Source: Candidatus Hydrogenedentota bacterium (GTDB taxonomy: Bacteria > Hydrogenedentota > Hydrogenedentia > Hydrogenedentales > SLHB01). Taken from it: a stretch of DNA of 18,900 nt. The notes under the pieces are model-generated. The model did no database searches. It had not been told where the DNA came from and saw only the letters and a program-made list of their open reading frames with translations. Below are positions 14,806 to 18,900 of this stretch, piece after piece (positions within the stretch are counted from its first letter, which is position 1; every line of letters starts with the position of its first letter). Location: the NCBI GenBank assembly GCA_034408725.1, contig JAWXCN010000102.1:1-18900 (forward strand), written 5' to 3'. A program made the position numbers and the translations under genes.

Positions 14806-16277
14806 TGCGCAACGTCCACGCTGGTATCCACGTGCCTGCGGAACTCGCGCTTGTTCATCTCGAAGTCTTGCGGGATCATGGTTGGATAAGCGTTGTTAAA
14901 ACACGCGAGACAAAACTGCTTGTTGGGCATGCCGACCGCATCGACCATATTGTCTATGGTTTGGAACCGTAGCGAATCCACGCCAAGGTACTCGCGCATT
15001 TCTTCCACGGTCATCCTTGCGCCGATTAGTTTTTCCTTCTCCGGCGTGTCGATGCCGTAGTAACAGCTATTGATAATCGGCGGGCAACTGATGCGGAAGT
15101 GAACTTCTTTCACGCCGCACTTTCGCAGCATTTTGATGATTTTCTTCGACGTGGTGCCGCGCACAATGCTGTCGTCCACAAGCACAACACGCTTACCTTC
15201 GACCGCGGACTTGGCGGGATTAAGTTTGATCTTTACGCCAAAGTCGCGAATCTGCTGATCGGGTTCGATAAACGTCCGGCCAACATAATGGTTTCGGATG
15301 AATCCCATGTCGAATGGAATGCCGGACTGGTGCGAGTATCCGAGCGCTACCTGGTTGGATGAGTCAGGCACCGCCATGACGATATCCGCTTCGACGTTAT
15401 CGTCCATGGCAAGATTGCGGCCCAACTGCTTGCGCACCTCATCCACGCTGCGCCCGAATATCACGCTGTCGGGCCGCGCAACGTACACAAACTCGAAGAT
15501 GCACGGGTGCGGAATGACCTGCTCAAACGGCCGGTAAGAGTGAATCCCTTCGCGATTAATGACCACCACTTCGCCCGGCTCCACCTCGCGTTCATACTCG
15601 GCATCGATAATATCCAGCGCGCACGTTTCGCTGGCGAGCACATACGCGTCGCCCAGTTTCCCCAGCACCAGCGGACGGAACCCCTGCGGATCGCGCACCG
15701 CGACAATTTCCTCGCCGTTCGTGGCGAGAATCGTGTACGCGCCCACCACCTTGTGCAGCGCGTCGATCACGCAATCCACGAATGATTGTTCCCGTGACTT
15801 TGCTATTAGGTGGATGATGACTTCCGTGTCGGAGGTCGCCTGAAAGATATGGCCTTCGTGTTCCAGCTCGTCGCGTAACCGCGCCGCGTTCGTGAGGTTC
15901 CCGTTATGACACAAGGACACCGAGCCTTCGCGATACGAGCGCATGAACGGCTGCACATTCTCGAGTACGCTTGTGCCAAACGTCGAATACCGCACATGCC
16001 CAATCGCAATGTCGCCCGTCAGCGGCTTTATCCGGTGCGGCTTGAACACATCCGACACCAGCCCAACACCACGATGGCCAATGAGCTGCCCGCCATCCGC
16101 GGAAACGATCCCAGCGCCTTCCTGTCCGCGATGCTGTAGCGCGTACAAACCAAGATAGGTCAGGGTGGATGCGTCCGGATGTCCAAATACACCAAAGACG
16201 CCGCACTCCTCGCGGAGGCGATCACCATTCAGACCGTCTTCGTTGGATAGGTCCTCGTCCGCGGCGAAAACATCCAT
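14802..16277 (-). CDS. purF: Amidophosphoribosyltransferase (Fe-S, propeptide-bearing type)
   Basis: EECGVFG catalytic Cys, LQHRGQEGAG, GHVRYST, HNGNLTN and VDDSIVRGTT. Fe-S Cys in PCIFE, CYYGID and CLAC. Start ATG 16277 follows AAGGA, 1 nt after the purC stop. Confidence 0.97.
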   Translation of the reverse strand: MDVFAADEDLSNEDGLNGDRLREECGVFGVFGHPDASTLTYLGLYALQHRGQEGAGIVSADGGQLIGHRGVGLVSDVFKPHRIKPLTGDIAIGHVRYSTFGTSVLENVQPFMRSYREGSVSLCHNGNLTNAARLRDELEHEGHIFQATSDTEVIIHLIAKSREQSFVDCVIDALHKVVGAYTILATNGEEIVAVRDPQGFRPLVLGKLGDAYVLASETCALDIIDAEYEREVEPGEVVVINREGIHSYRPFEQVIPHPCIFEFVYVARPDSVIFGRSVDEVRKQLGRNLAMDDNVEADIVMAVPDSSNQVALGYSHQSGIPFDMGFIRNHYVGRTFIEPDQQIRDFGVKIKLNPAKSAVEGKRVVLVDDSIVRGTTSKKIIKMLRKCGVKEVHFRISCPPIINSCYYGIDTPEKEKLIGARMTVEEMREYLGVDSLRFQTIDNMVDAVGMPNKQFCLACFNNAYPTMIPQDFEMNKREFRRHVDTSVDVAH

Positions 16278-16278
16278 C

Positions 16279-17169
16279 TTAAAAGTCCTTCTTCCCTGTA
16301 AGAAGCCGGTATGCTTCGACGTATTTCTCGCGCGTGCGCAGTGCGACATCGTCAGGCAGCGGTGGCTGCGGGGAGTTCTTGTCCCAATCCGTTGTCTCGA
16401 GCCAATCGCGCACAAACTGTTTGTCGTAACTTGGCTGCCCCTGGCCGGGCTGATACTGGTCCGCCGGCCAGAATCGTGACGAATCCGGCGTCAGGACCTC
16501 GTCCGCCAGCACCAGTGTGCCATTGCGCGTGCCGAATTCAAATTTGGTGTCACATAGAATTATACCCCGTTTCTCCGCAAATGTGTGCGCGCGGGCATAT
16601 ATGGCGGTCGCGGCCGCGGAGGCTTTTCTGCACCAATCGCCGCCGATGATCGCGGCCGCTTCGTCTGGTGAAATATTGATGTCGTGGCCGGATGCGGCCT
16701 TCGTTGCGGGGGTAAAAATCGATTTCTCAAGTTTGCTTGACTCAACAAGACCGGGGGCTAACTTGATCCCGCAAACGGTCCCCATTTCACGGTACTCTTT
16801 CCAGCCGCTGCCCGCGAGATACCCGCGAATCACGAACTCGACCGGGAACATGTCGCATTTCTGGACCAGCATCGAGCGGCCCTCGAACTGATCGGGGTGC
16901 GCGCGAAATTCTTCGGGAAAATCCTTCAAATCGGCGGAGATGAGATGGTTCGGCACGATGTCTTTCATCATGTCGAACCAGAACAGCGACATCTGCGTGA
17001 GAATCTTGCCCTTGTTCGGAATGCCAACCGGATTGACCCAGTCAAACGCGGAGATGCGGTCGGTGGCGACGATCAGCAGGCTGTCCCCAAGGTCATAGAT
17101 GTCGCGCACTTTCCCTCGCGCGGAAGGCTCGCGCGACGGCAACCGTGTTTCACAAAGTGCTCGCGTCAT
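16279..17169 (-). CDS. purC: Phosphoribosylaminoimidazole-succinocarboxamide (SAICAR) synthase
   Basis: GKVRDIY, TDRISAFD, RGYLAGSGW, FTPATKA, DTKFEFG, DEVLTPDSSRFW and SYDKQFVRDWL. Confidence 0.97.
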   Translation of the reverse strand: MTRALCETRLPSREPSARGKVRDIYDLGDSLLIVATDRISAFDWVNPVGIPNKGKILTQMSLFWFDMMKDIVPNHLISADLKDFPEEFRAHPDQFEGRSMLVQKCDMFPVEFVIRGYLAGSGWKEYREMGTVCGIKLAPGLVESSKLEKSIFTPATKAASGHDINISPDEAAAIIGGDWCRKASAAATAIYARAHTFAEKRGIILCDTKFEFGTRNGTLVLADEVLTPDSSRFWPADQYQPGQGQPSYDKQFVRDWLETTDWDKNSPQPPLPDDVALRTREKYVEAYRLLTGKKDF

Positions 17170-17211
17170 CTGTTCGTGCTACCTCGAAAACGTCGGAGCA
17201 AAAAAAGTCTG

Positions 17212-18495
17212 TTAAAAAAAAGTGCCCTGCAAATGTGGACGATTCACCTCGAGCAGATCATCCAGCAATTTTCGGCAACCAATTGCGTTCGGCGTCAATG
17301 GATGGCCGAGCAACGCCTGAAACGCCGTCTCCTGGTCCCCCGTCACCGCAGCCTGCACCGTCATCGTCTCATACGCCTTGATGTCCTGCATCAACCCGCG
17401 AATAATGGGCGCGGGCGCAAGCTGCGGAATCGCTTTCGCGCCATTCTTTCCAATAACCGCTGGCACTTCCACCGCCGCATCATCGTCAAACGTGGGAATC
17501 GCGCCATTGTTCCTGCAACATACAATCTGCGTGTTCTTCGCGTCGTTCTCGATCGCGTCTATCAAATAAAACGCTGCGGTCGAGTAATGCGCCCCGCCGC
17601 GCTTGGACAGCTCAGGCGGTTTTTCGTTCAATTCTTTTTGCTTATACTTCTCGAACAGGCTCGCCTCGATTTCGACAACTTCTTCTCCACGCGTTTTGCT
17701 CTTCTTCTTGATCTTCGCAAGGGCCGCGTCCGGCGCGTAGAAATACTGAAGGTACCCGTTCAGAAACATGCGCAAACTCTGCATTGATGCGCGCATGTTC
17801 TCAAGGATCGCCGGGTCGTCCCATTCCTCGTGCGCGAGTTCAATGAACTTATCCAGGAGCTCGTCGGTCCGATCTCGCCCGTCAACGGTGAAATGCCTCA
17901 CCCACGAAAGGTGGTTCAAGCCGACATAGTCCAGCTCGACCTTCTCCATCGCGCAGCCGGTATGCTTCACGACTTCCATGACAATGCCAATCGGAATGTT
18001 GCACAGACCAAAGGAGGTAATCTTGCTATGCTTGATGATGGCCTCGGTCACAATACCGGACGGGTTCGTAAAATTGATGAGATAACCATCCGGCGCAAGT
18101 TCTTCCATCGCGCGCGCAATATCGAGCACGCGCGGAATTGTCCGCAATGCGCAGCAAAACCCACCGACGCCCGTCGTCTCTTGTCCAATGATATTGTGGC
18201 GCAACCCGAGCTTTTCATCTTCAATACGCGCCTGAATTCCCCCGACGCGCAGTTGGGTCACAACGTATTTCGCCCCCGCGACCGCTTCACGCATATCGGT
18301 CGTGTGGTGTACGGTGAAAGGACTGCCGTGCTTTTCGGACATGCGCCCGGCCAATCCCGCGGTAATCTCAAGCCGCTCAAGGTTGGGATCCATCATCCAC
18401 ACTTCGGTCACCGGAATCCGGTCAAGCCGGGCAAACAACCCATCGACCAACTCAGGGGTGTAGGAACTGCCGCCGCCGATTACTGCCAGCTTCAT
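17212..18495 (-). CDS. Glycoside hydrolase family 4, 6-phospho-beta-glucosidase-like (LicH/ChbF/CelF type)
   Basis: MKLAVIGGGSSYTPE, QLRVGG, GQETTGVGG, NFTNPSG, GLCNIP, GLNHL and RGGAHYS. Start set at ATG 18495, with GGAGG about 14 nt upstream. Confidence 0.93.
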   Translation of the reverse strand: MKLAVIGGGSSYTPELVDGLFARLDRIPVTEVWMMDPNLERLEITAGLAGRMSEKHGSPFTVHHTTDMREAVAGAKYVVTQLRVGGIQARIEDEKLGLRHNIIGQETTGVGGFCCALRTIPRVLDIARAMEELAPDGYLINFTNPSGIVTEAIIKHSKITSFGLCNIPIGIVMEVVKHTGCAMEKVELDYVGLNHLSWVRHFTVDGRDRTDELLDKFIELAHEEWDDPAILENMRASMQSLRMFLNGYLQYFYAPDAALAKIKKKSKTRGEEVVEIEASLFEKYKQKELNEKPPELSKRGGAHYSTAAFYLIDAIENDAKNTQIVCCRNNGAIPTFDDDAAVEVPAVIGKNGAKAIPQLAPAPIIRGLMQDIKAYETMTVQAAVTGDQETAFQALLGHPLTPNAIGCRKLLDDLLEVNRPHLQGTFF

Positions 18496-18599
18496 GGAAG
18501 GGATTAAAACCTCCAGGGGATTGCCATTCGGTTTCGCACGAAAGTGATGGGCCAAGCGGCGATAATGCCTTGATTTTGGCGCGCCGACGGGACCAAACA

Positions 18600-18628
18600 A
18601 TTTTACGTGACGGACCGAGGCAATTCAA
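18600..18628 (-). promoter_or_regulatory. Sigma70 promoter for GH4-purC-purF
   Basis: Minus strand TTGAAT (18628-18623) -17 nt- TAAAAT (18605-18600). Confidence 0.65.
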
Positions 18629-18726
18629 GTTGAAGATGCAATGAATCATATTTTTGGGCAATAACCGGCGGTTCCTGGGCAAGGGCAATCGCGCCCAAAA
18701 AGTGCTTCAAGACGTTGCGAAAAATC

Positions 18727-18771
18727 CGCGCGGAGCGCCTTGGACTGCGGTAGCGGGTAGCTACCGCTTTC
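18727..18771 (+). repeat. REP-like extragenic palindrome, copy 2
   Basis: CGCGCGGAGCGCCTTGGACTGCGGTAGC-GGGTA-GCTACCGCTTTC, which matches 10552-10594. Confidence 0.8.
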
Positions 18772-18877
18772 CATTTCCTGGGCAAGGTCGCATCACAATT
18801 AAGCGAGATTGCCCTGGCTTCAATTCTCGCGATTCTGAAGCCTTCAAGATTATTGAAGCCTTTCCGTTGGCCCAAGT

Positions 18878-18900
18878 AAAAGCGGCGCTGACACGCCGCA
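18878..18900 (-). repeat. REP-like palindrome, copy 3 (inverted, truncated by the window edge)
   Basis: Reverse complement TGCGGCG-TGTCAG-CGCCGCTTTT fits the TGCGG...CCGCTTT pattern of copies 1 and 2. Confidence 0.6.

Noticed and set aside
16278..16415. 46-aa N-terminal extension of purF given in the track
   Set aside because: It overlaps the purC coding region. ATG 16277 has an RBS and is coupled to the purC stop.
16897..18507. Long plus-strand ORFs 16897-17787 and 17830-18507
   Set aside because: Antisense to purC and GH4, with Arg-rich shadow composition.
18496..18600. 35-aa N-terminal extension of GH4, or a purine-related riboswitch in this leader
   Set aside because: GH4 proteins begin at MK.AVIGGGS and the extension starts at the -10 box. 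No ZTP, purine or ykkC consensus was recognisable by eye.
1..18900. CRISPR array, tRNA/rRNA, integrase or transposase
   Set aside because: No regularly spaced repeats, cloverleaf or rRNA signatures, or recombinase motifs were seen.

Overview
GC-rich bacterial chromosomal window. The DUF1559-type prepilin protein and the REP-like repeats suggest Candidatus Hydrogenedentes or a PVC-like lineage (inference). In order: a partial prepilin-type (DUF1559-like) gene on the minus strand; an AT-rich divergent promoter region; sulfite reductase hemoprotein plus APS-type CysH; an AT-richer islet of two diverged paralogous exported proteins; a hotdog thioesterase whose ORF runs through the rib promoter into an FMN riboswitch; ribD-ribE-ribBA-(small membrane ORF, probably frameshifted)-ribH-nusB-PHP; a steroid 5-alpha-reductase-like gene; an orphan HicB with a possible hicA remnant; an unknown single-TM protein; a CvrA/NhaP2-type K+/H+ antiporter with an extra KTN domain, preceded by a candidate structured leader RNA; and a convergent GH4-purC-purF cluster. 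Most genes are housekeeping. The best novelty candidates are the antiporter leader RNA with its chimeric antiporter, the paralogous lipoprotein islet, and the thioesterase/riboswitch overlap.
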